From assembly GCA_910579455.1 (NCBI GenBank), contig CAJTUT010000002.1:44353-108352 (forward strand): a stretch of DNA of 64,000 nt, written 5' to 3'. The notes under the pieces were generated by a model. It saw only the letters and a list, made by a program, of their open reading frames with translations, searched no databases and was not told where the DNA came from. The translations under genes were made by a program, and so were the position numbers. Origin of the DNA: an uncultured Bacilli bacterium (GTDB lineage: Bacteria; Bacillota_I; Bacilli_A; RF39; UBA660). Shown here in pieces: positions 28,926 through 39,103 of the stretch. How positions within the stretch are numbered: position 1 is the stretch's first letter; every line of letters starts with the position of its first letter.

Positions 28926-30227
28926 TTATAAGTTCTTCTTAAACGCATCAATTAAATGTGAAATTGATGCACAACTCATAAAGCAGATCACCCCTTCTTT
29001 ATATGGTACTAACTTATCTATGGTTTCCTCTCCTATGATTTCACTACCTTCAACTTTATCTGTAATTAAGGAAGATGTAATTCCTGGATAGTCTTCCTGA
29101 CGTTCTCTATTCGAATCTATTTCTGTTAAAAATACTTTATCCGCAATAGATAACGACTCTATAAAGTCGAAAGTAAAGTCTTTGGTTCTAGAGTATGTAT
29201 TTGGCTTAAACACTGCAATTAGTCTTTGACTTGGATACTTTTGTTTTACCGCTTCTAAAGTCGCTTTAATTTCTGTTGGATGATGAGCATAATCATCTAT
29301 AATAATAGTTTTTCCTATTCTTTCTTCTGCAAAACGTCTTTTAGCATTTTGAAAAGTATATAAAGCAGAAGCTATTTTTTCCATTGAAATACCTAGTTCC
29401 CTACAAATAACAATTGCCGCTACTGCATCTAGTACCATATGACTTCCATACAAAGGAATATAAAAATGACCATACACTTGTTGATTTATAATCAAATCGA
29501 ATATAGAACCCTCCTGCGTTAATTCCAATTGATCAATTACCACATCATTATGATCCTGAAATCCATAAAAAACAACCTTTTTTTTAAAACGAATCTTTCT
29601 TATTTCCTCATTATCACCACAAGCCACTATTAAATCTTTTACACCATTTGCAAATGACTCAAAGGTAGTTCGAATATCACAAATATCATGATAACATTCT
29701 AAATGTTCTTCTTCAATATTAGTAATTACAGCATAATTAGGATGATATGCTAAAAAATGTCTATTAAACTCATCACTTTCTATTACAAAATATTGATTGT
29801 TTTTATCAACATACCCATCCCCTGCTCCTATGAAGTAATTACAGCCAATAGTCGTTTCTAAAATATGACGAATTAAAGAAGATGTGGTAGTTTTTCCATG
29901 GGTTCCAGAAACACCAATACTATCAAATTGATCAATAATTTCCCCTATAATTTCATTGTACTTCTTAATAGTAAGCCCTAATTTTTTTGCCCTCTTTATT
30001 TCTGGATGATCTTTTGAAAAAGCAACTGAATAAGTTACAATCGTATTTGGATCAATTGCATGATCTTGATCATAATAAATTCTAATACTTCTATCTTCTA
30101 ATCCTTTTTGAGTAAATTTATAATCCTTGGCATCATCATAACCACATACCTCATTTCCCAAATCTGAAAGTATTTGTGCTAATGTGGACATACCTGTACC
30201 TTTAATCCCAATACAATAGTATTTCAT
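28926..30227 (-). CDS. murC: UDP-N-acetylmuramate--L-alanine ligase
   Basis: N-terminal MKYYCIGIKGTGMSTLAQIL (MurC Rossmann-like start) and the Mur ligase P-loop GVSGTHGKTTTSSLI; 433 aa. Confidence 0.8.
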   Translation of the reverse strand: MKYYCIGIKGTGMSTLAQILSDLGNEVCGYDDAKDYKFTQKGLEDRSIRIYYDQDHAIDPNTIVTYSVAFSKDHPEIKRAKKLGLTIKKYNEIIGEIIDQFDSIGVSGTHGKTTTSSLIRHILETTIGCNYFIGAGDGYVDKNNQYFVIESDEFNRHFLAYHPNYAVITNIEEEHLECYHDICDIRTTFESFANGVKDLIVACGDNEEIRKIRFKKKVVFYGFQDHNDVVIDQLELTQEGSIFDLIINQQVYGHFYIPLYGSHMVLDAVAAIVICRELGISMEKIASALYTFQNAKRRFAEERIGKTIIIDDYAHHPTEIKATLEAVKQKYPSQRLIAVFKPNTYSRTKDFTFDFIESLSIADKVFLTEIDSNRERQEDYPGITSSLITDKVEGSEIIGEETIDKLVPYKEGVICFMSCASISHLIDAFKKNL

Positions 30228-30311
30228 ATTATACCTTCTTTCTATCTTATTATAAACTATGAAAACTAAAAAGTAAATGTTCTTACACCAATGAAAAAAG
30301 AGAAAATTCTC

Positions 30312-30503
30312 TTAATCTTGATTATGATTATCATTTTCTCTTCTAGAATTTCTTTCTTCTTTTCTTTTATCACGACACTCTTTACATCTTTTAGGCTCAT
30401 TATCTAAACCTTTTTCTTTGTAAAAAGCTTGTTCTCCAGCTGTAAATGTGAATTCATTCCCACAATCAACACACTGAATTGTTTTGTCTGTAAATTCTTC
30501 CAT
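30312..30503 (-). CDS. small zinc-ribbon protein (probable zf-trcl/PF13451-type)
   Basis: 63 aa with CVDCG...(23)...CKEC and the conserved FxFTxGEQAFYxEKG pattern typical of this small Firmicutes protein family. Confidence 0.5.
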   Translation of the reverse strand: MEEFTDKTIQCVDCGNEFTFTAGEQAFYKEKGLDNEPKRCKECRDKRKEERNSRRENDNHNQD

Positions 30504-30652
30504 AGTTACCTCCTTATCATATTGGTCTTAAGTTATATAGGTATATAAGCCAAACTAAATTATAAGAAAGACTATAGCCATAAATAATTAATAAGTACCA
30601 TTTGTGATTTCCACCACATTATCATTGTAACATACCTAAATAAGTTATGCAA

Positions 30653-31720
30653 TTAAATATGAGTAGTAATTTTTTTGACCTCATCTTTAAGATTGCTTTT
30701 AAAAAAAGAATAGGTAGTTCGAAACAATAAATAAAGGGGTAGTGATGTTATAATACCAAACATCCCAAATAAACTTCCACTAATAGCAATCACTATAATA
30801 CTAACTAAAGGATTTACATCATTCATTTTTCCGTATATTTTCGGAGATACAAAATAATTATCTATCAAGGGAAATAAAATACAAATAATAGTAGTACCAA
30901 TTAAGACTTTGATAGATACAGTGGTTGCTATTGCTACACCTATAACATTAGTAAACAGACCTCCAAAGTAGGGAATAATAGTAGTAACTGCTGCTAATAT
31001 CCCCAATAATAACCAATTAGGATGACCAACTAGTAAAAATAAAAATGAGTATTCGCACAGTTGAATTAACATGATTATAACTAGTCCTTTTACATAATTC
31101 CCTAGTTCCATATCTAAGCGTTTTATATATTGATAAAACCTGGTAGAAATTTTCTTTGTAATGAATTTGATACGATCTCTAATAATATTCATATGATATA
31201 AAAAATAAATTCCAGATACATAGGCGATTACCAGATTCGATACAAAATGAACTGACTTACTCACTACATAAACAGCTTTATTTCCTATAACATTACTTAA
31301 ATGATGAAGCATTGAATTCAAATAATCTGTAAGTTCTAACTCAAATTTTCCTAAATTCCAATGAAAATTGCTATTTATATGTTTGAAAAGAGAAATCACA
31401 TATTTAGAGAATAAAACCAATTGTTCATATAATAATGGAAATATAATAATAATAAGACATATGGCAAATAGACTAAATCCTAAAATAATTACAGTAACTG
31501 CCAAATACTTTTTCATACCCCTTCTAGTAAGGAATCCAACTAATGGATATAAGGAATATGAAAAAGCAAAAGAAATTAAAAATGGAACTAATAAAGATAT
31601 TATTTTTCCTATAATCTGTACCCATAATTCTATATTAGAAAATCCAATATAAAAAAGAAGTAACAAAGCGGTCATATTAATTAGCCTATAATTCAGTTTG
31701 TTAGAAAACACATCCATCAC
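30653..31720 (-). CDS. AI-2E family transporter (PerM-like) integral membrane protein
   Basis: 355 aa with ~8 TM segments arranged as in AI-2E/UPF0118 proteins; it overlaps the dtd stop by 4 bp. Confidence 0.55.
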   Translation of the reverse strand: MMDVFSNKLNYRLINMTALLLLFYIGFSNIELWVQIIGKIISLLVPFLISFAFSYSLYPLVGFLTRRGMKKYLAVTVIILGFSLFAICLIIIIFPLLYEQLVLFSKYVISLFKHINSNFHWNLGKFELELTDYLNSMLHHLSNVIGNKAVYVVSKSVHFVSNLVIAYVSGIYFLYHMNIIRDRIKFITKKISTRFYQYIKRLDMELGNYVKGLVIIMLIQLCEYSFLFLLVGHPNWLLLGILAAVTTIIPYFGGLFTNVIGVAIATTVSIKVLIGTTIICILFPLIDNYFVSPKIYGKMNDVNPLVSIIVIAISGSLFGMFGIITSLPLYLLFRTTYSFFKSNLKDEVKKITTHI

Positions 31721-32151
31721 TCCTCTAAAATAATCGTAACAGGACCATCATTTTCTATCTTTAACTTCATATCACTACCAAAAATACCCGTTTGTACTTC
31801 TATATATTTTCTTAATCGTCTATTAAATTCATTATATAATTGAATCGCTTTATCCTTTGACATAGCATTACTATATCCTGGTCTATTACCCTTTTTTGTA
31901 TCCGCATACAAGGTAAATTGTGATACCGATAAAATCTGACCACCAATATCTAATATTGATTGATTCATAACATGATTAGAATCATCAAAAATTCTTAAAT
32001 GAATAATCTTATGAATGAGCTGATCCAATTTTGTAATATCGTCATTTCTATGAAATCCTATAAGTAAGGTAAGCCCCCGATTTATTTTCCCTACTGTTTT
32101 ATGATTGACTTCTACACTAGATGATAAAACTCTTTGAATCACCACTTTCAT
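31717..32151 (-). CDS. dtd: D-aminoacyl-tRNA deacylase
   Basis: MKVVIQRV... and SQFTLYADTKKGNRP (the SQFTL/GxRP DTD motifs); 144 aa; translationally coupled to relA, the classical relA-dtd pair. Confidence 0.85.
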   Translation of the reverse strand: MKVVIQRVLSSSVEVNHKTVGKINRGLTLLIGFHRNDDITKLDQLIHKIIHLRIFDDSNHVMNQSILDIGGQILSVSQFTLYADTKKGNRPGYSNAMSKDKAIQLYNEFNRRLRKYIEVQTGIFGSDMKLKIENDGPVTIILEE

Positions 32152-34301
32152 CTCATTAACCTCTCTACTTTATAAATATATGGCTGTTTTTCTAATTCTA
32201 ATACTAATTGTTTTAATTGATCTAATCCTTTAACATAAACACCTAACTCATAAACCATTTCATTAACCCGATTTATGGTCTTTATACTATCTATATTAAT
32301 ATTCAAAATAGAAGTCTTTTGTACTAATTCTGCCATTTTATTATCCCTAGAATTTGAATAAATAACTAAAAGCGATAAATATCTTTTATCTAATTTCACA
32401 TTCTGATTCCATAAAACAGGAAGCATTCTGTTTTCTAACATTGCAATATTATGACAATTTCTTCTATGAACACTAATTCCATTTCCTTTAGTAATATATC
32501 CTATAATATCATCATCAAAAACAGGATTACAACAATTTGCTAGATTCACCTTTATTTTATCAATACCAGAAACGATAATATCAGCATCAATTTGCTTAGG
32601 AGCAACCTTAACTACCTTAGGAACAGGAACCTCCTGATATTTATCAATGATATTAACAACAGAACCAGCAGAATTTTTCCCATTTCCAACAACTAAATAA
32701 ATTTCTTCTAAATTAGCTACCTTTACAGTTTGGCAAATCTTTTTGATATTGTCTTCCGTAAAAAATTCATTAAAGGACAATTTTCTTTTTCGCAATTCCC
32801 TTTCTAGGTTGTATTTTCCTCTATCAATATACAGTTCTCTTTCATTTTTAGAAAAATAACTTTTAATTTTATTCTTAGTTTGAGTTGCTTTAGCAATATG
32901 GATCCATTCTTTTGATGGAGACGAATTTTTATTAGTATTAATTTTTACAATATCATTATTTTTTAATTCATAGTTTAGAGGAACAATATTATTATTTACA
33001 ATCGCTCCAACAGTCGTTTCTCCAACTTTAGTATGAATTTTATAGGCAAAATCAATTGGAGTAGCACCCCTTGGAAGTTCTATAATATCCCCCTTAGGAG
33101 TAAAGACATAAATATTATTGTTCAATACCTCATCCTTGACACTATGAACAAATTCTTCACTACTCATTTTATCGTTGTTTAAATCCATAATGGTTTTAAA
33201 AAATTGTAATTTTTGCTCTGTAGTAGACTGCATATTAGTCTTTGCATCTTTATTCTCTTTATATGCCCAATGAGAAGCAATCCCATTTTCTGCCACCTCA
33301 TCCATTTCATAAGTTCTAATTTGGATTTCAAAAAGATAGCCATCTAAGCCAAAAACAGTCGTATGTAGAGATTGATACATATTAGGTTTTGGCATAGCAA
33401 TGTAATCCTTGAATCTTTTAGGAAGAGGCCTAAATTTAGAATGAATAATTCCCAAAGCTAAATAACACTCTTGTTCTGTATGAACTAAAATACGAAGAGC
33501 TAATAGATCATAAATATCGCTAAACTTTTTACCCTTATTCAATTTATTATAAATACTATAGATACTCTTACTTCTGCCCTTTATTTCATGAACAATATTA
33601 TGTTCTGTTAAAAGACTAGCAACCTCTTGCAACATTTCATATACCGTTTTATCACGCTCTAATTTTGTATTATTTAACTTTTCTGCTATATCATAAAAAA
33701 CATCTGACTTTAAATATCTTAACGATAAATCCTCTAACTCACTTTTTATTTTATGAATTCCTAAATGATGAGCAATAGGTGCCAAAATTTCTAAAGACTC
33801 TTTTGCCTTGATTTTTTGTTTCTCTTCAGGTAACGCCCAAAGCGTTCTCATATTATGAAGACGATCTGCTAGTTTTATAATAATTACTCTTACATCTTCT
33901 GAAATTCCAACGATTATTTTTTTATAATAATCAATTAAATATTCATTTTCAGTAGAAAAATGAATTTTAGAAAGCTTAGTAACCCCCTGTACAAGCCTAG
34001 TAACCTCACTTCCAAAATTTTCTTGCATTTCCTCAACACTACATTCTGTATCCTCTAATACATCATGAAGTAATGCTGCTTGAATCGTATCATTATCTGC
34101 ATAAATAGTAGTTAAAATGAGAGCAACATGTAATGGATGAACAATATAGTCCTCTCCACTTTTTCTGTATTGTCCCTTATGCTTTTTCTCTGCAAATAAA
34201 TAGGCCTTTTTTATACTTTCCAATTGCGTAGCTTCTTTTATATACGCTTTTAACCTAACAACTAAATCGTCTAGTGTTGGATTTTCTATTTCTTTAGACA
34301 T
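32148..34301 (-). CDS. relA: bifunctional (p)ppGpp synthetase/hydrolase RelA/SpoT (Rel)
   Basis: HD domain (HPLHVALIL...LHDVLEDT), synthetase domain (RSKSIYSIYNKL..., YQSLHTTV), TGS and ACT-like C-terminal domains; 717 aa. Confidence 0.9.
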   Translation of the reverse strand: MSKEIENPTLDDLVVRLKAYIKEATQLESIKKAYLFAEKKHKGQYRKSGEDYIVHPLHVALILTTIYADNDTIQAALLHDVLEDTECSVEEMQENFGSEVTRLVQGVTKLSKIHFSTENEYLIDYYKKIIVGISEDVRVIIIKLADRLHNMRTLWALPEEKQKIKAKESLEILAPIAHHLGIHKIKSELEDLSLRYLKSDVFYDIAEKLNNTKLERDKTVYEMLQEVASLLTEHNIVHEIKGRSKSIYSIYNKLNKGKKFSDIYDLLALRILVHTEQECYLALGIIHSKFRPLPKRFKDYIAMPKPNMYQSLHTTVFGLDGYLFEIQIRTYEMDEVAENGIASHWAYKENKDAKTNMQSTTEQKLQFFKTIMDLNNDKMSSEEFVHSVKDEVLNNNIYVFTPKGDIIELPRGATPIDFAYKIHTKVGETTVGAIVNNNIVPLNYELKNNDIVKINTNKNSSPSKEWIHIAKATQTKNKIKSYFSKNERELYIDRGKYNLERELRKRKLSFNEFFTEDNIKKICQTVKVANLEEIYLVVGNGKNSAGSVVNIIDKYQEVPVPKVVKVAPKQIDADIIVSGIDKIKVNLANCCNPVFDDDIIGYITKGNGISVHRRNCHNIAMLENRMLPVLWNQNVKLDKRYLSLLVIYSNSRDNKMAELVQKTSILNINIDSIKTINRVNEMVYELGVYVKGLDQLKQLVLELEKQPYIYKVERLMR

Positions 34302-34317
34302 CCAATCATCCCCTCAC

Positions 34318-36603
34318 CTAGCAATTAACTCCTTTAACATCTTTTTCCTCAAAGTCATCGCAATATGATTTTTTCTTTTTAGTTTTTCTATTAAGATTCT
34401 TACTTTCAAATACAATAAATAAAACTGTTGCAATATAAATAGAAGAATAAGTACCTACAATAAGTCCAAATAACATAGCTAAATTAAAAGTTAAGATTCC
34501 ACTAGACCCTAATACTATTAATGCAAGTACTGGAAGTATCGTAGTAATAGAAGTATAAATAGTTCTAATAAAAGTTTCTCTAATACTTCGATTACAAATC
34601 TCTGCCAATTTCTCTCTAGTCATCTTCTTTTCCTTATCTAAATTTTCTCTAATACGATCAAAAGACACAATCGTATCATTGATAGAATAACCAATAATAG
34701 CCAAAATTGCTGCAATAAACATAACTGATATTTCTAAACGAAAAATTGCAAATAAGGCAAATACAATTAATACATCATGTAGTAAAGCAATAACAGAAGA
34801 TATTGCGTAACTAAATTTAAAACGAATGGAAATATAGAGAATAATTCCTAAAATCGCAAATAATACTGAAATAATAGCATTTTTGGTTAATTCTTTTTTC
34901 ACAACATTAGAAACAACACCAATATTTACTTTTGCATCCTGATATTTATTCACAAAATATTGATTAACTCTCTCTATTTTTTTTGCATTCAATACATTAT
35001 TTACCTTAAGAATAATTTCTTCATTTCCCTGATTATAGCTGATTAAATTCAAATCTAATTCTTTCATGGCTTGATTAATATCACGCCTCTGTATCTTTTC
35101 CCCAGTTTCAATCGTAATATCGCTACCAGCTTGATAATCAATACTTAAGTTAAATCCCTTAGTAGAAAATATAACTATACCTAATATAATAATGATAATA
35201 GAAAGTGAAGCAAAAACTTTTGTATGCTTTAAGAAATCAACATTTTTACAAGGAATTTTCTTTACTTCTTCATTCTTACCTACATTAGGTATATCTTTTT
35301 GATCAACATGCATAAATAATCCTAACTTATTATCAAAAAAGCCAGTTTTAATAAAGATTTTTAGTAAAATTCTAGTAATGAACACCATAGTAAACATAGT
35401 AACCATAATCGTAATGATTAACATAGTGGCAAATCCTTTTACACTACTTTCACCAAATGAAAACATGATAATAGCAACTAACAAAGTAGTCAAATTAGAA
35501 TCTAAAATAGCTCTTAAAGAAGTTTTGGACCCCTCTTTAAAAGCATGCTGTAAACTTTTTCCATGATATAATTCATCCTGGATACGTGCAAAAGTAATCA
35601 CATTAGCATCTACAGCCATTCCGATTCCTAAGACTAATGCTGCAATTCCTGGTAAAGTTAAAACACCACCTATTAGCCAAAAAATGAAGAAGACTAAAAA
35701 TGTATATAATAACATAGCAACACTAGATATAAGACCTGCAAAATGATATATAATTAATAATAACAAAATAATCGAAGCAACACCAATAATTCCTGCTGTT
35801 AATGTTTTAGATAAAGTAGAATCTCCAAAAGATGCACCTACTGTCTTAGAAGATATTTCAGTTAATTTAGACGGTAAGGAACCACTATTAATTAGATCCA
35901 CTAAATTTTCTACTTCCTCCTGCTCAAAATTTCCTTGAATAATTACATTAGAAGCAAAACCTTCCGATACAGTAGCAGCACTCAAACAATTAGAACCACT
36001 ACTTCCACAACTCTGTTTTTCCGTACTATAATGATCCTCTGAACTATTATAATCTAACCAAATAACAATCGTATTGTCACTTCTTTTAGATACTTTATTG
36101 GTAACCTGATAAAATTTATCTTTATCCCTTATGGATAATAAAACAGCGGGCTTTCCCGAGGAATCCTCACTAACCTTTGCTCCTCCAGCCTTTAAAACAT
36201 CACTATTCATAAGCAATTGGTCTTCTGTATCCCTAAAGGATAAAGTAGCTACCGTTGATAACTGCTTTCTAGCCTCATCCGGATTAGAAACTCCAGCTAG
36301 TTTTATTCTAATCTTATCGTCTCCTTCTAAGATGATTTCTGGTTCATTCACCCCTAAGGAATCAATTCTTTTACTTAATGTTTTATAAGTAGCAGTTAGC
36401 TTTTCCCTGTTCATTTTAGAGCCATCTATACTTTCTACCTTGTATAAAACTTCAAAGCCACCTTGTAGATCTAAACCGAATTTCAAATCCTTAAAAATAG
36501 GAATAAAGCAAAATAAAATTCCTATAATGAAGAGAATCATAATAGTAGCAGATATGATTACCTTGTTTTTTTGTTGTTTTTTTCCTTTACTTATTTTTCC
36601 CAT
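34318..36603 (-). CDS. secDF: protein translocase subunit SecDF (fused)
   Basis: 761 aa with two blocks of 6 TM helices, each preceded by a periplasmic domain, as in Firmicutes SecDF fusions; GxSxxxD..V motifs present. Confidence 0.85.
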   Translation of the reverse strand: MGKISKGKKQQKNKVIISATIMILFIIGILFCFIPIFKDLKFGLDLQGGFEVLYKVESIDGSKMNREKLTATYKTLSKRIDSLGVNEPEIILEGDDKIRIKLAGVSNPDEARKQLSTVATLSFRDTEDQLLMNSDVLKAGGAKVSEDSSGKPAVLLSIRDKDKFYQVTNKVSKRSDNTIVIWLDYNSSEDHYSTEKQSCGSSGSNCLSAATVSEGFASNVIIQGNFEQEEVENLVDLINSGSLPSKLTEISSKTVGASFGDSTLSKTLTAGIIGVASIILLLLIIYHFAGLISSVAMLLYTFLVFFIFWLIGGVLTLPGIAALVLGIGMAVDANVITFARIQDELYHGKSLQHAFKEGSKTSLRAILDSNLTTLLVAIIMFSFGESSVKGFATMLIITIMVTMFTMVFITRILLKIFIKTGFFDNKLGLFMHVDQKDIPNVGKNEEVKKIPCKNVDFLKHTKVFASLSIIIIILGIVIFSTKGFNLSIDYQAGSDITIETGEKIQRRDINQAMKELDLNLISYNQGNEEIILKVNNVLNAKKIERVNQYFVNKYQDAKVNIGVVSNVVKKELTKNAIISVLFAILGIILYISIRFKFSYAISSVIALLHDVLIVFALFAIFRLEISVMFIAAILAIIGYSINDTIVSFDRIRENLDKEKKMTREKLAEICNRSIRETFIRTIYTSITTILPVLALIVLGSSGILTFNLAMLFGLIVGTYSSIYIATVLFIVFESKNLNRKTKKKKSYCDDFEEKDVKGVNC

Positions 36604-36604
36604 G

Positions 36605-36856
36605 TTACACCTCTTCTTTATTTTTACTTTTTATATAAGTACTTAACTTATGATTATCTACATGAATAATATCACTAACAATATCAGAAAGCATTAAATT
36701 TTTAGAGCTTTTCCATTTGATTTCTATTAGATACCTCCATATATCTAATTCCTGAATTCCGTTATAATTTAATCTCTTTAACTCCTGCAGTTTAGCATGT
36801 AGAGCTGGTTTTACTCTATCATATAACTCTTTTTGAGTATGAAATTCAAAATCCAT
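36605..36856 (-). CDS. ComN-like post-transcriptional regulator (YrzD family)
   Basis: From the internal ATG 36856 (RBS GGGTG): MDFEFHTQKELYDRVKPALHAKLQELKRLNYNGIQELDIWRYLIEIKWKSSKN, which matches B. subtilis ComN (ELMRLGYEGVTEEELWQYLKGKTWKK). It sits immediately upstream of secDF, as comN does. The track start at 36925 adds 23 hydrophobic, implausible residues. Confidence 0.5.
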   Translation of the reverse strand: MDFEFHTQKELYDRVKPALHAKLQELKRLNYNGIQELDIWRYLIEIKWKSSKNLMLSDIVSDIIHVDNHKLSTYIKSKNKEEV

Positions 36857-36959
36857 ATAGATCACCCTATCTTTTGAGCCAATTCTATTATATCTGAAAT
36901 ATAAAAAAATGAAAAGAAAAACCACAAAATTTATATAAAAAACTTTGTTCTAAAATTTT

Positions 36960-37859
36960 CTAATCATCTTTCTTAGCCCTAGGGAAACTACTATAGTATA
37001 CTTCTTTTAATCTATCCGTAGTAATATGAGTATACACTTGTGTGGCACTAATACTCTCATGCCCTAGAAGTTTTTGAACACTCAACAAATCACACCCCTC
37101 ATTTAATAGATGGGTTGCGAAAGAATGACGCAACATATGAGGAGATATATTTTTAGTTAAGGAGGTTTCTTTTATTAACTGATTTAAGATATATCGAACT
37201 CCCCTCTCACTAAGTTTTCCTCCTAAATGATTTAAAAATAAATAATCATTTGAACCTTTTAGCAATTCTTGCCTACCATCTTTCACATATCTTTTTAATA
37301 TTTCCTCACAGTAGTCACCATATTCTACCATTCTTTCCTTATTACCTTTACCACAAATAATAATCTTTCTATCTAGTTGATTAATATCTTTTATCTTAAT
37401 ATTAACAAGCTCTCCGACCCTAACACCTGTTGCATACAACATTTCTAAAATTAATAAATCTCTTTGCCCCAGTGCCCTATTAGTATCAGGAACCAAAAAT
37501 AACTCCTCCAATTCATTATACTCAAAATATCTTGGCAATTTTTTTTCCCTTTTTAAGCCATTAAGTAATAAAAAAACATTATTCTTAATAATTCCCTTAT
37601 TAGATAAATATTTATAAAAACCTCTTAAAGCACTTAGTTTTCTATTAATAGAAGAATTGTTATCCTTCTTTTGTTCTTTTAGATACATTAGGTATAGTCT
37701 TGTATCACTGTACTCTATATTTAAATAACCAATAGATTCCTGATTACAAAAATTTACAAATTCTATAAGATCATCCTCGTAGTTCTTGATCGTATATTTA
37801 GAATATGCCTTTTGGTACTCCAAATATTCCAAATAATTCTTTACATAATCATCTCTCAT
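36960..37859 (-). CDS. xerC: site-specific tyrosine recombinase XerC/XerD family
   Basis: Catalytic R..HxxR..Y: ATGVRVGEL, HMLRHSFATHLL, LLGHESISATQVYTH (Y nucleophile). The position downstream of topA matches codV/xerC of Bacillus. Confidence 0.8.
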   Translation of the reverse strand: MRDDYVKNYLEYLEYQKAYSKYTIKNYEDDLIEFVNFCNQESIGYLNIEYSDTRLYLMYLKEQKKDNNSSINRKLSALRGFYKYLSNKGIIKNNVFLLLNGLKREKKLPRYFEYNELEELFLVPDTNRALGQRDLLILEMLYATGVRVGELVNIKIKDINQLDRKIIICGKGNKERMVEYGDYCEEILKRYVKDGRQELLKGSNDYLFLNHLGGKLSERGVRYILNQLIKETSLTKNISPHMLRHSFATHLLNEGCDLLSVQKLLGHESISATQVYTHITTDRLKEVYYSSFPRAKKDD

Positions 37860-37918
37860 TTTATCCCTACCTCAAAAAATTATATTACAAAAAGAAAAAA
37901 CTCATCAAAAATTTTTAT

Positions 37919-39088
37919 CTAAAGTTTCCTTTTCATATGATTTTTCGGTAAAATTCCTAATAACACAGCATCATTACTAGATCCTAATATTTCATCTAAA
38001 TCCATTTGTTCCATTACTTCTCCAACACCACCATCGGTAAATAGGTCAGATATTCTTTCACTTTCAAAACTAATAATGGATGAAGTCATTGATAAATTGC
38101 TATAATATTCATCCTCCTCGTCAATACCAAATAAATCCCTGTTATAAAAATCTTTATTATTTCTTTGCTCCTTAGCCAAATCTAGTCTTTTCATTTGCAA
38201 TAAAATAATAGATTTCCTCTTCTGAGATAGTTGGTCCTTATTTAGACATGAACACAAAACTTGTCTATACTGGCCTTCCCACTCAATCATTTTCCTTAAA
38301 TTCCTATAATCTTCTCTAAAAAAAGAATGAATTCTATGATTGATTTCTCTTAATTCCCTTTCTATATCTAAAGTAGATAGATTCTTATAATATAAATCAT
38401 AATACATCTCCTGCATTGATACGTAATTTTCTAATAATGTTCTTAATCCTTGGTATTTAAAACTACTAGATTCCTCTTCTGCATTTGATTTATCTAATAA
38501 TATATCTGTTGTTAATTTTTCTCTCTCGTCAAAATTCAAGTATCCTATTTTTTTCGGATTTAGAATAAAATATCTAGTAGTCTTGTTAAAGGCAAGAGAT
38601 TTAATGAATTGGATATAGGTCCCTAGTCTCGCTGAATTTTCAGTTAAAACTTTTCGTTTATTATGGATTATTTTTTTTTGGTTTCTAAGACTAATAGCCT
38701 GCTCTAAAAGCAATAGGTCATTAAATATGAGAGGACATTCTTTTGTCTTACCATTTTGTCTATAGGCTAACGTTAGATGTGAGTAAGCCTGCTCTTTATC
38801 CGATAAGTAAGAAATATTATGTTTCTTTAATTCAAGAATAAAGTCCTTCTCGCTTTTATACCCACAAGTCAAAGAATCAATTTCCTCTATTTTAAAATTA
38901 TCCTTAAGCTTTCCATATAAAGAAAACTTAATTGGGGTTGCAGCATCATAGGAACATTTTTCACGATCTCTTTTTTCCTTTGGAAAACTAGCCAAACGAT
39001 CTCGATTTTGAATCGTTTTAATATCATTTAAATACAATCGATATGCCACTTTTACGCCTCCTTTATATAACGCTATTATACCACACAT
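37919..39088 (-). CDS. hypothetical protein (occupies the position of trmFO/gid but is not TrmFO)
   Basis: 389 aa with no FAD-binding GxGxxG; an acidic C-terminal tail (EEDEYY..., DLDEILGSSNDA). It starts MCGII, but the rest does not resemble Ntn amidotransferases. Confidence 0.5.
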   Translation of the reverse strand: MCGIIALYKGGVKVAYRLYLNDIKTIQNRDRLASFPKEKRDREKCSYDAATPIKFSLYGKLKDNFKIEEIDSLTCGYKSEKDFILELKKHNISYLSDKEQAYSHLTLAYRQNGKTKECPLIFNDLLLLEQAISLRNQKKIIHNKRKVLTENSARLGTYIQFIKSLAFNKTTRYFILNPKKIGYLNFDEREKLTTDILLDKSNAEEESSSFKYQGLRTLLENYVSMQEMYYDLYYKNLSTLDIERELREINHRIHSFFREDYRNLRKMIEWEGQYRQVLCSCLNKDQLSQKRKSIILLQMKRLDLAKEQRNNKDFYNRDLFGIDEEDEYYSNLSMTSSIISFESERISDLFTDGGVGEVMEQMDLDEILGSSNDAVLLGILPKNHMKRKL

Positions 39089-39103
39089 AATAAAAGAGAG
39101 AAA

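Noticed and set aside
37919-39088. N-terminal MCGII suggesting a class II (Ntn) glutamine amidotransferase
   Set aside because: Beyond the first five residues nothing matches the GATase-2 fold motifs (no conserved R/G/D residues following). This is probably coincidental.
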